A DNA stretch of 64,000 nt from Cladosporium halotolerans. Lineage: Eukaryota. Below the pieces are notes generated by a model. That model searched no databases. It was not told the DNA's origin and saw only the letters and a program-made list of their open reading frames with translations. The stretch is from assembly GCF_011745625.1 (NCBI RefSeq), contig NW_027191457.1:186001-250000 (forward strand), given 5' to 3'. The translations under genes and the position numbers were made by a program. Positions 34,213-46,764 of the stretch are shown here, one piece after another (position 1 is the stretch's first letter; each line of letters opens with the position of its first letter).

Positions 34213-35418
34213 TCAGCCTCCGGCCTTCTCCTTTGCCGCCTTTCTCGCGAGATAACGTGCCTTGGCGTCTCCGACGTCCTTCTCCGTCTTCTTGCTCTTC
34301 GCTTCCCGTTCTTCCTTCGCGTGCTGCTCCTCTTCTTCCTCGCGCTTGCGTTTCGCGCTGGCCTCAAGCTGCTCTTCGACCATCCTGCTCTGCCTCTCTC
34401 GCTGCGCGTCTCGGCTTCCGGCATCTCTGCGCGGGAAAGCAGACTGGACGGGGCGATTTGACGACCGCAGGTGATCTGCCGAGCGACCGTCTTTCGACTT
34501 GTCGGCTGGCGTAACGTTGAGGCCGGCGGACAACAGCTCGCGTTTGTCTGTGATCTGCCCGTCCTCGTTGACATGCACATTGACGCCCTTGGCTCTGAGC
34601 TCGGCAGCCATCTCCGCATCGCTGCGTTTCTTTTCTTCATCCACATTCCTGACGCCACCTTCTCTTTCGAGTTTCATGGCGGCGTCGATCTCCTCCTGCC
34701 GTACCTTATCGCTCTGATCCATCATATTGCGGTAGAAGCTCTGCATGCCACCGCCCATTCGCCTCTTTCGAGCATCTTCCTCCTCAGTCCGCCTCTTCTC
34801 CTCTTCCTCCAACCGCCGCGTCTCCTCCTGCTGCGCCTTGTACGCGCCCGTGACAAACTTCTCCTTGTCAGCAAACTCATCGCCCTCATTCTCCCTCTCA
34901 CGCTGCAGCTGCTTCTCCTTCGCAACCTGCTGGTCCTGCTTGCGCCGCGCCGCAGCGTCTAGGAGGTTATTGATATACTTCGGCTTCCGCTCGATAGCAT
35001 CCTGCCGCGAAGCCTCCTTCTTCGCCTCGTGCACACTCGCTTTCGCATCGTGGAACGAGTCGTAATCAAAGATGGACGGGTCGAGCTCTTCCGCCGCCTT
35101 CACGGCGGCTCTCGCCTCGAGCGTCGCCGAGCTGTCCTGTCCCGATGCGTCTTGGTCCGGATCGAAGCGTCTTCTCGGCGGCTTTGGAGGGTCATCGGCG
35201 CGCGGTGTGGGCGCGGGCTTCGATCGCGAAGGGACGTTCAGCCCATGTTTGGCCGGTGTGGCGCCGCCGAAGCTGTCTATGGCTTCTTCGATGACCTCCT
35301 CTTTTGGTGCTGCGGAGGGAAGATCATCTTCCTCGTCGTCCGGCTCGTCGTCGAGGATATTCTTCCGCCTAGGAGGAGCAGCGGCTTTTTTGAGATTCAG
35401 GCCGTATTTCAACGACAT
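34213..35418 (-). CDS. Nuclear speckle splicing regulatory protein 1 / CCDC55 (DUF2040)-like
   Basis: Motifs MSLKYGLNL, ELDPSIFDYDSF, KPKYINNLL, EREnEGDEFADKEKFVTGAYKAQ and C-terminal DAKARYLARK. Confidence 0.88.
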   Translation of the reverse strand: MSLKYGLNLKKAAAPPRRKNILDDEPDDEEDDLPSAAPKEEVIEEAIDSFGGATPAKHGLNVPSRSKPAPTPRADDPPKPPRRRFDPDQDASGQDSSATLEARAAVKAAEELDPSIFDYDSFHDAKASVHEAKKEASRQDAIERKPKYINNLLDAAARRKQDQQVAKEKQLQRERENEGDEFADKEKFVTGAYKAQQEETRRLEEEEKRRTEEEDARKRRMGGGMQSFYRNMMDQSDKVRQEEIDAAMKLEREGGVRNVDEEKKRSDAEMAAELRAKGVNVHVNEDGQITDKRELLSAGLNVTPADKSKDGRSADHLRSSNRPVQSAFPRRDAGSRDAQRERQSRMVEEQLEASAKRKREEEEEQHAKEEREAKSKKTEKDVGDAKARYLARKAAKEKAGG

Positions 35419-35666
35419 GGTGCGAGAGGCTAGGTGTGTTAGCGGGCTTCGGGGAGGCCGGGAGTGAGGTGATGGGGCTGCTGGTCTTGGCTTGAGCTGT
35501 GCGTGGGAGGTCGAGATGGCTGAAGCTTCACGACGTCACTTGTTGTGTCGCGCGGTTGTGAATAAGTTTAATATTTTATGTACACGTCTAACTGTCAGCG
35601 AGCTGATGGGAGTCTTGAGCAAAAGGCAGAGCATGCAGTCATAGCAAACTTCAATCATTAATACCC

Positions 35667-36567
35667 ATGTCCGAAAACACTGCACGCGCTCTACGCGGCG
35701 AGCTCTACTACGCCTTCACACCCGAGCTCGTAGCAGCCCGCAGACGCTGCGCCATAGCCTGCAATAAGTACAACACCGAAGGGCTCACGACGCGCAGAAG
35801 GCAAGCCGAGCTCTGGAACGAGTAAGTCAATCGGAGAAAGAAAGAAGTCGAATCCGATCAAACCAAAACGATAAATAACCCGTCGACCCCCTTCCCCTCC
35901 CACCCTCAGCCTCCCAACCCTCGAAACCAAAGACCCAAACAATCGATCTCACCACCCTTCCTCCCCAGCATAACCCAAACCACCACCCCCCTCCCCGACC
36001 CCGGCCCCACCCCGACCTCAGACGACGCCCTCTTCGCCACCTTCCCCTGGATCGAGCCGCCCATCCGCATCGACTACGGCACGAACGTCCAGATCGGCGC
36101 GGGCGTCTTCATCAACTTCAACTGCACGATCCTCGACACGTGCCTAGTGACAATCGGCGCGCGGACGCTCATCGCGTCCAACGTCAGCATCTACAGCGGC
36201 ACGCACCCGCTGGACCCGGACGTGAGGCGCGGGACGGAGGGCCCGGAGCTGGGCAAGGAGGTGCATGTTGGGGAGGATTGTTGGATCGGGGGGAATGTTG
36301 TCATTTTGCCGGGCGTGAGGTTGGGGAGGGGCGTGGTGGTTGGGGCGGGGAGTGTGGTTACGAAGGTGAGTTGGGGGTTTCTTTGATGGGGGTCTTAGAG
36401 GGGGGTGTGAATGGGTTTGCTGACCTCTTAAGTAGGATGTAGAGCCGTACAAGGTCGTGGCCGGCAATCCAGCGCGAGTTATCAAGGACGTGCCGCGTGA
36501 TACGGACGCTGCGCGGACGAGCGGAGCGTTGGCTGCGCTGGAGAGAGATCAGGCTGCTGGGCTCTGA
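35667..36567 (+). CDS. Maltose/galactoside O-acetyltransferase (hexapeptide left-handed beta-helix)
   Basis: Exons 35667-35821, 35969-36365 and about 36436-36567. Motifs ALRGELYYAFTPELVAARRRC (Mac domain), WIEPPIRIDYGTNV, FINFNCTILDT, THPLDP and WIGGNVVILPGV..GAGSVVTKDV..VAGNPARVIK. Confidence 0.92.
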
Positions 36568-36943
36568 GCTGGTTGGGCCGAGCAGCTGTAAGTTGAAGAG
36601 AGAAATAGAGAGGAGGGAACATTTATGAATGAAGCTTTTCGAGAACGCTATCGATGCTAGAACGAATACCTTTGACGTACGAAAGCCCCCATCGAAAAAG
36701 AAAAGCGGCGAGATATGTATATGCCTTCCTTGCAAAAGTCCCCTTTCCTTCAAACTCCATCTGCCAAACCCAGAAGTAACAACCCATTAACCACCTGAAA
36801 GGAAAAAAGACCGAAACGGATCGACGAACTCCGTTATCATACAGAACAAGGCAAAGGGAAAGAGTCGTTTGTCATCATCATTAATGCCAGCGCTGCGCTT
36901 AGCACCAAGGAAACAAAAGTCAAATCAGAGACGTTCGGCGCGA

Positions 36944-39900
36944 TCAGTAGATCATGCTCTTAACCGCGTCGCGGCTGCGGTGGCCAGTTCTCGGGGTGAG
37001 AGGCGGCGTGCCGGGTCTGTTCGCCACCGGCGCACTACCCGGGACGTAAGCAGACTGCCTGTTAGGGTGGCCCCCGACAGGCTTGCGGTCGCTTGGCTGC
37101 CTCGAAGGCCACGAAGCAAGAGCGGCGGGCGCAGGGGCAGACTGCTCCTGCGTGAAGTCCCTAACCTCGGTGCCTCCGGCGGCGGCGCCCTCGAGCAAAG
37201 GCCGCTCGGCAGTCTCACGCTCGTGAGCGGCCTGCTTGGCGTTCTCCTCGCGCTCGTGGGAGAAGACGAGGTCGGTCCAGGTCTTCTTGCGCACGCCGTG
37301 GTCTGCCTTGCCGACGACCTGAGCGAGGTTCGTCATCCACTCCTCCTTGTTGGCCTTGGAGTCAGCGTAGAAGTCGATGGTCTCGCCGTTCGCGAAACGG
37401 ATGCGGAAGCCCTCCTCCACGTATTGGTAGCCTTCGTCTTCTTCGGCGAAAGCACTCTTGCGGCGGTTGGAGCTGCCAGCAGGTTTTGCGGGCGAGGACG
37501 AAGTCACCGGGTCGGCGAGGAGAGTGCGGCGGTCGTCGACGAGGCGGACAGCCTTGCTGAGGTTGATGACTGCACGCTTCTGATGAGTGTGCTCGTGGTA
37601 AGCAGTCAGACGGGGGCCCTGCAAGCGGAAGAAGCGACGACGCCAGTGCTTGCAATCGCCACCCTGCTGGCTCAAGTGGCCCTCGTAGCTGACTTCCTGA
37701 ATCTCGTGTGCGCGGTTCATCTCGCGGATGGCGGAGCTCATGCTCTTCGGCATCTCCTCATCAGTCGCACCGTTGGGCTTGGGAACGTACAGCAGCTGCA
37801 GTTCCAGAGCGCCAATGATGTACGGAGGCTTCCTTACGGGGCCGGCGTGCGCGCCACGCTTGCTGCGGACGCTGTTAACGACCATGGAGTTCTTCTCGAG
37901 CGCCCATTCGTTGTAGCAAGGCACGTCAACGGTGAGCGGACGGCCGAAGCAGCGCTGCTCGTGAGCGGACAGGTTGACGTAAGAGCGGGCGAAGGATCCA
38001 TCAGCAGCATTGACCAGATCGTGAAGAAGATCCCATGCGGTCGGGTGCATGGCTGCACGCTTGCGTTGCGCCTCCTGTTGCTGACGACGCTGCTCGGCCT
38101 CTTGCGCTTCGCGTTCCTGGCGCTCACGCTCGGCGCGCTTCTTTGGGCTGGACAAGAGACGAGAGAAGCCAGACTGCTTCGAAGTCTTTGGGGACTGAGG
38201 GATAGCAGTCGGTGTTGATGGAGGAGCGGGCTTCGGAGGGAGCTTGGTGTTGAGCGTGAGCTGGAATTCAAGATCGTCGTGAACGACGAGCTCAAACTCC
38301 TGGCCGATAGGCGCGCTCTTGCCGAGCTCGAGCGGTGCTGTGGTAACGCAGTGCAAGCCGTTGTCAAGCGTGAGCTTGAAGTAGATCCTGTCGTTGCGAG
38401 GCATGGGCAGATCGAGGCTCTTGACGCCTACCACCTTGACGAACAGGCGACCTCTCTCAGCGCCCTCGGGACCATCGTCGCCGGCGTTGGTGTCACCAGT
38501 AGCCTGGTTCTCCGAAACGACATCGAGGGCGCTTTCTTGACCAGGAAGAGGCGGTGCTGGATCGTTCCTGGGGCGTTGGGCGCTAGAGTTGCGCTTGCTC
38601 CTCCGCCTCTGCTTACCACTCCAAGGCTCCGTCTTGATGTATTGCTCTGCGCTAGGCTTGCGCGGGCTGCCCCTAGAGCCGCGCACCGAGGGTCGCGAGG
38701 TCATGGACGTCTCTTGAGACTTGTTGGTAGCTGTACTCTCACCAGAGAAGTTACGGTTTGTGGCAACCACAAGCCTCTCGTTCTCACGCATAGTGTAGCC
38801 CTTCTTTTCGCGGGGAGTACCGTTAGCCGAAATGCCCTGTGTAGATAAGTGAGTGGGTGAGCACACCTTCTGATTTTGAATCACGCGATCGAACTCCTGC
38901 TCGAGGCCCCAGTCTTCGGTCTCCACGGCCGGGATGTCGATGGTGAGAGCTGCTGGCTTGCGGCTTTCAGCATTTGGCTCAGACTGCTCGGTCGGCTTCT
39001 GTTCGGCATCAATGCCGGAATCAACCTTGCTACCCTCACCCTCGGACGAAGCGAAGGATGCATCCGCGTTCTCGATCTGAGCTTGGAATCCTTGAGGGAT
39101 GGCGGGCACCGGGTAATCGCCGTCGACCTCACCATATGCAGCGCCAAAGTCCGCTGGCGTACCCGACGGACGAGCCTTGAGCTTACCACCGGTCTTGATC
39201 GTGGCCCTGCGCTCGGGGATCTCCTGGCGAGGCGGCATGGGTTCGTGATCGAGCTCCGTCTCAAGCTCGGTCTCGAAGTCCTCGTCCTGTTCATCCTGCG
39301 CATCTTGGTAGTCCTCATCGTCGCCATCAGTGGAGTGACGGATGACAGAGTCAGGTGTGCCAGGCGGCGAGGGCTCGGTGGCAGCCTGAGGTGGCTGCTG
39401 AGCTTCGACCGGCGCCCACTGAGCGGTGGTCGACGGCTCGAGGTTTGGCACGTTCTCTGCGTCAAGCTTGCGCGTACTTTCGTTCGAGGGAGGCGGAGAG
39501 GGGGTTATGTACTTCTTCATGCCGAAGTCGTAATCGTCCTCACCGCGAAGATATTCTGGCAGACCCATGAAGCCCTTGCTAGCCTTGTCAGGCTTTGCAA
39601 CCTCTTGCGCGGGCTCGGTGTAGTCTTTGACAGTGAGGAGCTCCATTGCTTCCTGCAAGCCCTCTTTGCCATCTTCTGTCTCGAGCTGTTGCTGCTGGTG
39701 CTGATGCTGCTGATGTTGATGGAGGACTGTGCTCTCGAGCTCTGGCTCCTCCAACGAATACATGCTGCCGTCTGTTTCAGAAACATCGTCGTGCTGAACG
39801 TCGTGATGCAGAACGGAGGTGTCGTGGTCGTAGTCGTCCATCCGAGATGGTGATCTAGGCGTAGACATGCGAGTCTCGTCCATCGTAGGAATTGCCTCCA

Positions 39901-41748
39901 AGTCGATACTCTCATCGACAGGTTCTTGCTTGATGACGATATCGTGTTCCTGGACTGCATTCTCTTGCCTCGGCAGGAATTGGTTGCTGGATTCCCTGCT
40001 GTTCTCTCTAGAAGGAATAGGCTGGTCGGGATCCATCATCGCCAATTCGGCGTAGGAAGGCCTGAACTTGTGCTGCTCATCCACGAACTCAGATTCGTTG
40101 ATGCCCTCTTCTTCCTCGTCTTCGAAATCATACTTGGTATTCCTAACCTTCCTCAAGATGGATTCACGGCTAATGCGGGGAGGCGCATTGGTGTAGTCGT
40201 CGAGATCGGCCAGCATGGAGTTGTCCTCGCCGCCCGCCTCGTCATTGTTCTCTTGAGTTGCTCCAAGAGTACCATCATCGGCTTCGGTGTGGCCTTCCTG
40301 TTGCGAGTGCTTGGAAGTGGGTCGTTCGGTGTGGCTCTCCCACTCTTTCTCCTGAGCACGCTCATCAAGCGGAGAGGAGTTCGAACGTGGTCGGTTGGCG
40401 TCCTCGTCCTCCTCCGAGAGGCGCTTCGCAGGAGGCGGGAGGTTGCGAGCGGCGTCTGAGGCACGCTTCGCAGCAGCGGCAACCTGAGCGGATTCACGAC
40501 GCTTCTTGTCGCTCAAGGCAGGGAGTGGCGGCAAAGGTCTGGACTCGCCGTCAGAAGTAACGCTCTCGGACCGGCCGAGGACAGGGCGATTGTAAGTCGG
40601 GGGTGTGCCGTTGAAGACATCATCCTCATCGTCCGCCAATTCGTTGCGCGCTTCGTCCGGGGACATGCGCGACCAGTGTTCTGGGAGTACGACTGGAGTC
40701 TTGTCTGCATTCTCAAGATCCTCGTCGAAGCTATCGTCTCTTTCCATATCCGCTGAGCTTCCGCGGTCAAAGCTCAGGTCCTGGTCGTAATATTCGTCTG
40801 AATCGTAGCTTCCGTCTCGTGAGCCTGAAGCTGCAGAGACAGAGGGCTCTGGTGTCTGCTCCACGTACTCGTTAATAACTGGAGGGGATGTGCTGAATGT
40901 CACGCTCTTATTGTGGCGATGGAGAGCTCGAGGTGTCAAGGGGCAGTCCTCATGGTCTGACCAAGAGCCAGTATCGGGGTCGAACGCTCCTCTGGATGTG
41001 GCGCCAAACTGGCTGATACGAGCGAGCGAAGATTTGGTGGGCGACGGTGACCCGTCCTTCTCTGGCGACTCAGGCAGGGCGACGCTTGCCGCGAGTTTGG
41101 TTGGGCTGCGAGTCGGCACGATCATGTCACTTTCTGATCGTTTGTGTCCAGGTCTCTGAGGGCTTCCTGGGCGAGTGGGGCTGCTCTGGTTGCGCATAGT
41201 ATCGAAGCGAGTGAAAGTGTTGCGCACGAACTGCTCACTAAGCGGACGATGCATACTCGGTCGCTCGACGATGGGTACAGTCTCCGGGTCGTAAGCATCC
41301 CTGTTCTCGAGCGAAAATATTTTGCTGCTCTTGACCCGACCTGCGGACTGGAGTTTCTCGATACTGGCGCGGCGCTTGGCGGACATCGCGGACGGCGACG
41401 CAGAGCGATCAGGTGTTGCCTCGGCATCCTGGCGGGTTGGCGACATGCGCGTAGACCAGAAGTCTCGAGGGGATGGTTTGGCGGGAGATGGCGAAGGCGA
41501 AGCGTTCTCGTCGAACGGCGAGGGCTCGAGCGAGGGGAGCATTTTCTGCAGGTGTGGCGTCAGTAGAGCATATCAAGATGCATCTCACGAGGGCTACGCA
41601 CCCTCGTCTGCTGGTTGTAGCTGGGGGAGTTCCGTCTCATGGAACCCGAGCTGATTTCTGAGAGTGGCCGGGACATGGTGGCCTGCTTGTCCGGCGACGT
41701 GTTTGGCGTCGACTTGCTGATGCGCAGCGGCTGCACCTGGCGCACCAT
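36944..41748 (-). CDS. BUD4: Bud4/Int1 anillin-related septin-organising protein (anillin-homology + PH domain)
   Basis: Exon 1 is 41748-41602 (MVRQVQPLRISK…), intron 41601-41546, and an in-frame intron at about 38866-38804. Motifs IPERRATIKTGGKLKARPS, GRLFVKVVGVK, TLDNGLHCVTT, DGSFARSYV and PH domain EGHLSQQGGDCKHWRRRFFRL…FANGETIDFYAD. Confidence 0.92.
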
Positions 41749-43060
41749 CTTGTCAGTCCTGTACGGCAAAACGATGAGAGAAGGATATCTCGTGACTGGT
41801 GGATCATACAGCGTCCATTGTCTTGCGCCGTCAGACGGGCGCGGATTGTTGTGGAATGCGCGCTTGTCCTCGCAGAGAAACAAGCGGCGCTAGTCAGGTG
41901 AATTGAAGCGGTGAGTGAAAGCGACAGCGATTATCGCATAGTCGGGCAGAAACGAAGGGATTGCGAGCGTATGGATGCGCCGGTGTATGCAAGACTGGGC
42001 GAGTGGACGTGCGGTGAAAGATGAATGGTTTGCGGGTTGGCACAGGTGTCGTTGAATCAGGCCGCGCCAGCGGACCCAAAACAAAACGGGTGCCACCTGC
42101 ACGGCAGCGGCGGCCAACGCTCCGCTGCGTTGCTACGGGCAACGCGGGCTAGCGCGGTGGAGGATGTGGCCGCGGGCCTCTCGCAAAGCTGTGCGCGCGG
42201 CTGCTACAGTAGTAGCCAGGGCCTAACACCGTCCCCGGTCGAAGTGACGGGTTGCCGCTGCTGCTATAATCGTCCGGTTGGCAACGGCATGACGGCTTCG
42301 AGTGACGGATACTGTACATGTATCCAGCGGGCGCAGTGGCGAGCGCGCTGCAGGTGGAGCATTTGGCCTTCAGAGTTTGGCATCGCGTGCAAACCACGAC
42401 TCCGGGCCGTTGCATATCGCCACTACGTGCCATGTTGGATGAACAGTGCGTGCGATCGAGAGTCGTCTTGCCGAGCTCGCCCATGCCCACGGACGATGCT
42501 GCTCCAAACCACAGAGCTTCGCCGTGCCCTTAGCGGCGACCCGCCCTCGCTCGTCCCATTCTTGCTTATAGCTGCATTGGCTTAAACGGGTTCGGGGTAT
42601 CACGTAGATGCCCTGCTTATCGGCTGTTCTGAGAGCTCTTTTGAGCCCGGTCCTTGAAACCTCGACGCAGTGACATCCTTGCCGGATGGCGCTCCCAATG
42701 ACAGCTCGCCCTAAACCCCCACTCTCTCAGCTGTATCTTGTTTTCGAGGCCCATCATATGACCTCTCCGTGTCGGAGGATACCGTCGGCGCAACGTGCGT
42801 GCCGTGCTTTGCGCGTACTTCTCACAGATCGTAGATCTCCTTCTACTCCACTGCTGTGCACCGTGCCAGTGCCAGATACACGCAATTGACCCCGGCCTGG
42901 GTTCCTGGAACATGTATTCCTGAACCGATAAAAACATTGTGACCAAAAAGTCTTCAAATTTACTTGACATGCACATCTTCATGCGTTGCGTAGTTATAAA
43001 GAGCGCCATGTCTCATAAGCTTCTCATGTTGTTTTGAATCCTGAAGCCGCCTGATCTGCA

Positions 43061-43083
43061 ACCTAACCCAACCCTAACCCTAA
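43061..43083 (+). repeat. Short interstitial telomere-like (CCCTAA) array / telo-box
   Basis: ACCTAACCCAACCCTAACCCTAA lies immediately upstream of the MRH4 ORF. Confidence 0.7.
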
Positions 43084-43176
43084 GAATTTTCCCCGATGCG
43101 GTACCTGAGAAAGTTCAGGCTCCCAAAACCGCGACATGTGAACGTGAACCCAACAGCTGCACACATTCATCCCAAG

Positions 43177-45024
43177 ATGCTGCGCCTGGCATCTTCCTCG
43201 CTATGCCCGTTCTGCGAGGCACACGCGTTCTCCAAGGCGCTGGTCGCGCCATGGCAGCACACGCGCAGCGCCGCGACTTTTCAGAAACCACGTGGACCCG
43301 CTCGAATGAACCTTTCGCCACGGGTTGCGCAAGGCCCGAAGAAGGCTACGCCTGATGGCAGGCCTGTCAGGAAGAGTCGCAACAGTCCTTTCAATGCCAT
43401 GAACACCACAACCGTTCCGAGGGAGCTACAGCAACAAGCGGCAAGGCATGCGGCAGCCGCTGAGGAGAAACGGGTAAATCGACACGTCAAGGGAGGCAGA
43501 GGGAGGCCTACTAAGGAGAAGGAGCCCATGAAGGCGCTGAAGATGCAAAGAGCGCTGGCGAGCGTGCCGTACGAGAAGAGATCAAGGATAAAGCTGGAGC
43601 TGGCAGAGAGAGACAGATTCGAGGAGTTCGACTTGCTATCAGAGATCAAAGAGGCGGTGCCTGTCCAGGCCTTGGGAGGAATGAGCGATATCGCCCCAAC
43701 GCCGATCCAGAGGCTTGCTATCCCGGCTATGCTCGGTACGGAAGATGGGAAGAGGCGGAGGAAAGGCAACGCTGCGCCACCACCGAAAGAGATGAAGCAG
43801 TTTTTATTGGCGGCCGAGACGGGTTCTGGAAAGACGCTGGCGTACGTCCTACCTGTGATTGATGCGCTCAAGAGAGCTGAAGCCCTCGAGGCACAGCAAG
43901 AAGCCGAAGCTGCCAAACGGGAGGAACAGACCAAGCTTGTTCCTGGCGAGGGCAACGAGCTGCCCTCGCCAGACGTGAACGAGCCTCACCACACGACTGG
44001 CCGCCCACGCGTGATCATTTTGGTGCCGACTGCAGAGCTCGTCGCACAGGTTGGCGCACTCATCAAGTCCATCTCTCACACCGTCAAATTCCGCGCCGCC
44101 ATGATCAGTGCCAACTACAGCAGCACTGTCATCCGCAATCGACTCTTCTCCCCGCAAGGCATCGACGTTGTGGTCAGCACACCTCACCTCCTCGACAGCA
44201 TCACCGAATCCGACCCCAACGTCCTATCCCGCGTCACCCACCTCGTAATTGACGAAGCCGACTCTCTCCTCGACCGTTCCTTCTCTCCTCTCACCTCATC
44301 CATTATCGACCGCGCCACCCCATCCCTTCAGCAACTCATTCTCTGCTCGGCAACCATCCCCCGCTCCCTCGACACTTATCTCCACAAGCGCTATCCATCC
44401 ATTCGACGCCTCACAACTCCTAACCTCCATGCCATTCCCCGGCGCGTCCAGCTCAGCGTCGTCGACATCGACAAGATCCCTTACCAAGGCAACCGCGACC
44501 TGACCTGCGCCCAAGTGATCTGGGACCTCGGCAAAGAACAAGACGAACACGCCGCTCCTGGCGCGGAGAAGCGAATCATCGTCTTCGTCAACGAGCGCGA
44601 AAAGGCCGACGAAGTTGCCACCTACTTGCAATCCAAGGGCATCGACGCTCTAGCTCTCTCCCGAGACTCCAGCGACCGCGCCTCGACCGCCACCCTCGCC
44701 GCTTTCACCGGCACACTGACCCCAGCACAGCTGGAGAAGCAGCAGAAAGATACCAGGACCGCCGACCCTTCGACCCGCCGCTTGCGTGGCGTCAAGGTCC
44801 TCGTGACGACGGACATCGCTTCTCGCGGAATCGACACCACGGCTGCGAAGACGGTCATTCTGTACACTGTTCCTCACACCTCTATTGACTTCATCCACCG
44901 TCTGGGACGTGTGGGACGCATGGGCCGCAGAGGAAGAGGCATGGTGCTTGTTGGGCGTGGTGATAGGAAGGATGTTGTAAAAGAGGTTAGGGAGGGTATG
45001 TTCAAGGGTATGGCTCTGATTTAG
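43177..45024 (+). CDS. MRH4: Mitochondrial DEAD-box RNA helicase Mrh4
   Basis: Q motif PTPIQ, AAETGSGKT, PTAEL, DEAD (IDEADSL), SAT, TDIASRGID and HRLGRVGR. Basic presequence-like N-terminus MLRLASSSLCPFC. An upstream in-frame ATG exists at 43096. Confidence 0.9.
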   Translation: MLRLASSSLCPFCEAHAFSKALVAPWQHTRSAATFQKPRGPARMNLSPRVAQGPKKATPDGRPVRKSRNSPFNAMNTTTVPRELQQQAARHAAAAEEKRVNRHVKGGRGRPTKEKEPMKALKMQRALASVPYEKRSRIKLELAERDRFEEFDLLSEIKEAVPVQALGGMSDIAPTPIQRLAIPAMLGTEDGKRRRKGNAAPPPKEMKQFLLAAETGSGKTLAYVLPVIDALKRAEALEAQQEAEAAKREEQTKLVPGEGNELPSPDVNEPHHTTGRPRVIILVPTAELVAQVGALIKSISHTVKFRAAMISANYSSTVIRNRLFSPQGIDVVVSTPHLLDSITESDPNVLSRVTHLVIDEADSLLDRSFSPLTSSIIDRATPSLQQLILCSATIPRSLDTYLHKRYPSIRRLTTPNLHAIPRRVQLSVVDIDKIPYQGNRDLTCAQVIWDLGKEQDEHAAPGAEKRIIVFVNEREKADEVATYLQSKGIDALALSRDSSDRASTATLAAFTGTLTPAQLEKQQKDTRTADPSTRRLRGVKVLVTTDIASRGIDTTAAKTVILYTVPHTSIDFIHRLGRVGRMGRRGRGMVLVGRGDRKDVVKEVREGMFKGMALI

Positions 45025-45561
45025 AGCCGAAGTGTACGGATAGAGAAGCCGAATTATGTAATATTATCACTGTAAGATACTGGATCCGACACCAGGTCCG
45101 GAGAGTCGAAGGATTTGGCGAAACTGGTTCGCTCGAAAAACGCCCTTGTATTGTACTGAAGAGACCTCGAAATAGATCAATATATCTCTATCTTCATGAT
45201 GATCCTATATTAACAACTCGCTCGATATTAAAAATTTCCATTACAATGAAGATAGCATGCAAGTGCCGTAATAACGCCCATGACCTGAAGCCACCTCGAA
45301 AAGCTCGCCGATCTGCGAAGTCATGGCGGGGCTCCACAAGCTTCACGTCACTTGTTCGCGTGGTCGTGCATCTGACCCTTGTCCCACCACCTCGCCCTTG
45401 CCTACCCACCAATAAACACATGCTTTTTGTCTAAAGACCGGTCCCTTCGCACAACACCTACCTCCTGGCTACACGTACAATACTCCTCCCATCAACCGGA
45501 TCTCTCTCCGTCCTCGCGCCAGCCCAAACCTTCCAAACAACAACCCCGCCAGGCATCAAGC

Positions 45562-46265
45562 ATGAACCGCCTCTTCGGCGCCAAAAGCAATGCGCCCAAA
45601 CCCACTCTCACATCTGCCATATCAAATGTACGCATTTCCTCAACCGCGACCGCCCTTGAACTCTCAAAAGCCCTACTGACGGCCCCCAGGTCGACGCCCG
45701 CATCGAAACAATCGACGTGAAACTCGCCAAGCTCACCAGCGAACTGACAACCTACCAACAACGGCTCTCGCACATGCGCGACGGGCCCGGCAAGACAGCC
45801 CTCAAGCAGAAAGCGATCAAAGTCCTGCAGCAGCGCAAGCAGTACGAAGCGCAGAAGGACCAGCTGCAGCAGCAGAGCTGGAACATGGAGCAGGCGGGCA
45901 TGATGCAGGACAACCTGAAGAACACGATGGCGACGGTGGACGCGATGAAGACGACGCAGAAGGAGCTCAAGAAGCAGTACGGGAAGGTCGACATCGACAA
46001 GATCGAGAAAATGCAGGACGAGATGGCCGATCTGATGGACATCGGGAACGATATCCAGGAGAGCATTAGCAGGAGTTACGAGGTACCGGAGGATGTGGAT
46101 GAGGCGGAGCTGGATGCGGAGCTGGAGGCGCTGGGAGATGAGGTGGATTTGGGCGCCGAGGGCGTGGGTGAGATGCCGAGTTATTTGAGGGAGGCGGCGG
46201 GGCCGCCGGAGTTTATTGATGAGGCGCCTGTGGCGGAGGGGAAGTCGAAGGAGGCGGCACAGTGA
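45562..46265 (+). CDS. VPS60: ESCRT-III Snf7-family protein Vps60/CHMP5
   Basis: Exon 1 MNRLFGAKSNAPKPTL (45562-45627), intron 45628-45689, then KQKAIKVLQQRKQYE..QQSWNMEQA..SRSYEVPEDVDEAELDAELEAL. Confidence 0.95.
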
Positions 46266-46764
46266 GGTGTGGGGTGTGTTGGATTTTTGTGCTTTTGAGA
46301 GATTGCAAGTATACCCCAAAGACCGAGATGGTGATACGAGCGCACCAGGCAACGGCGTCACACGCCTTGGAGAGAAGGTCTCATTTGCTTTTCCTAAGCA
46401 TGGGGTGTCCCAAGCAAAGGCCCAGCGGGTGATAAGATTCCCCATGCAGCCATGCTGAGTATCGCACTGTAGGACAGATATCTTCGGAAGGTGGGCGGCT
46501 ACCCCCACCGCTTCCGAAAGCCCTCTATCCGGACCATGTTCTAGGCGGCCTTCAATGAGTAAAGTGAATCAGTCTTCTCAGAAACATTCGTTCTCCCATT
46601 TAAATACATGTGTATACTGCTGTATTTCATGTATCGCTGGCCAAGCCAACAAGATCAGTAGCCGCGAGAGCCTACGTAGCAAAAACATTTCATATGCATA
46701 GAAAGGAAATCCAACCCAATGCCGCATGATCCCATTGTTGAAATGCCAAAATGGCCACAAATCC

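Noticed and set aside
36869..38218. 449-aa plus-strand ORF, and similar long antisense ORFs such as 23866-24930, 32337-33383, 45492-46508 and 9851-10954
   Set aside because: Antisense or alternate-frame shadows of well-supported genes, expected from biased codon usage.
43061..43083. TAACCCTAA as a telomerase RNA template
   Set aside because: It lies directly against the MRH4 coding sequence, leaving no room for a downstream pseudoknot or core domains.
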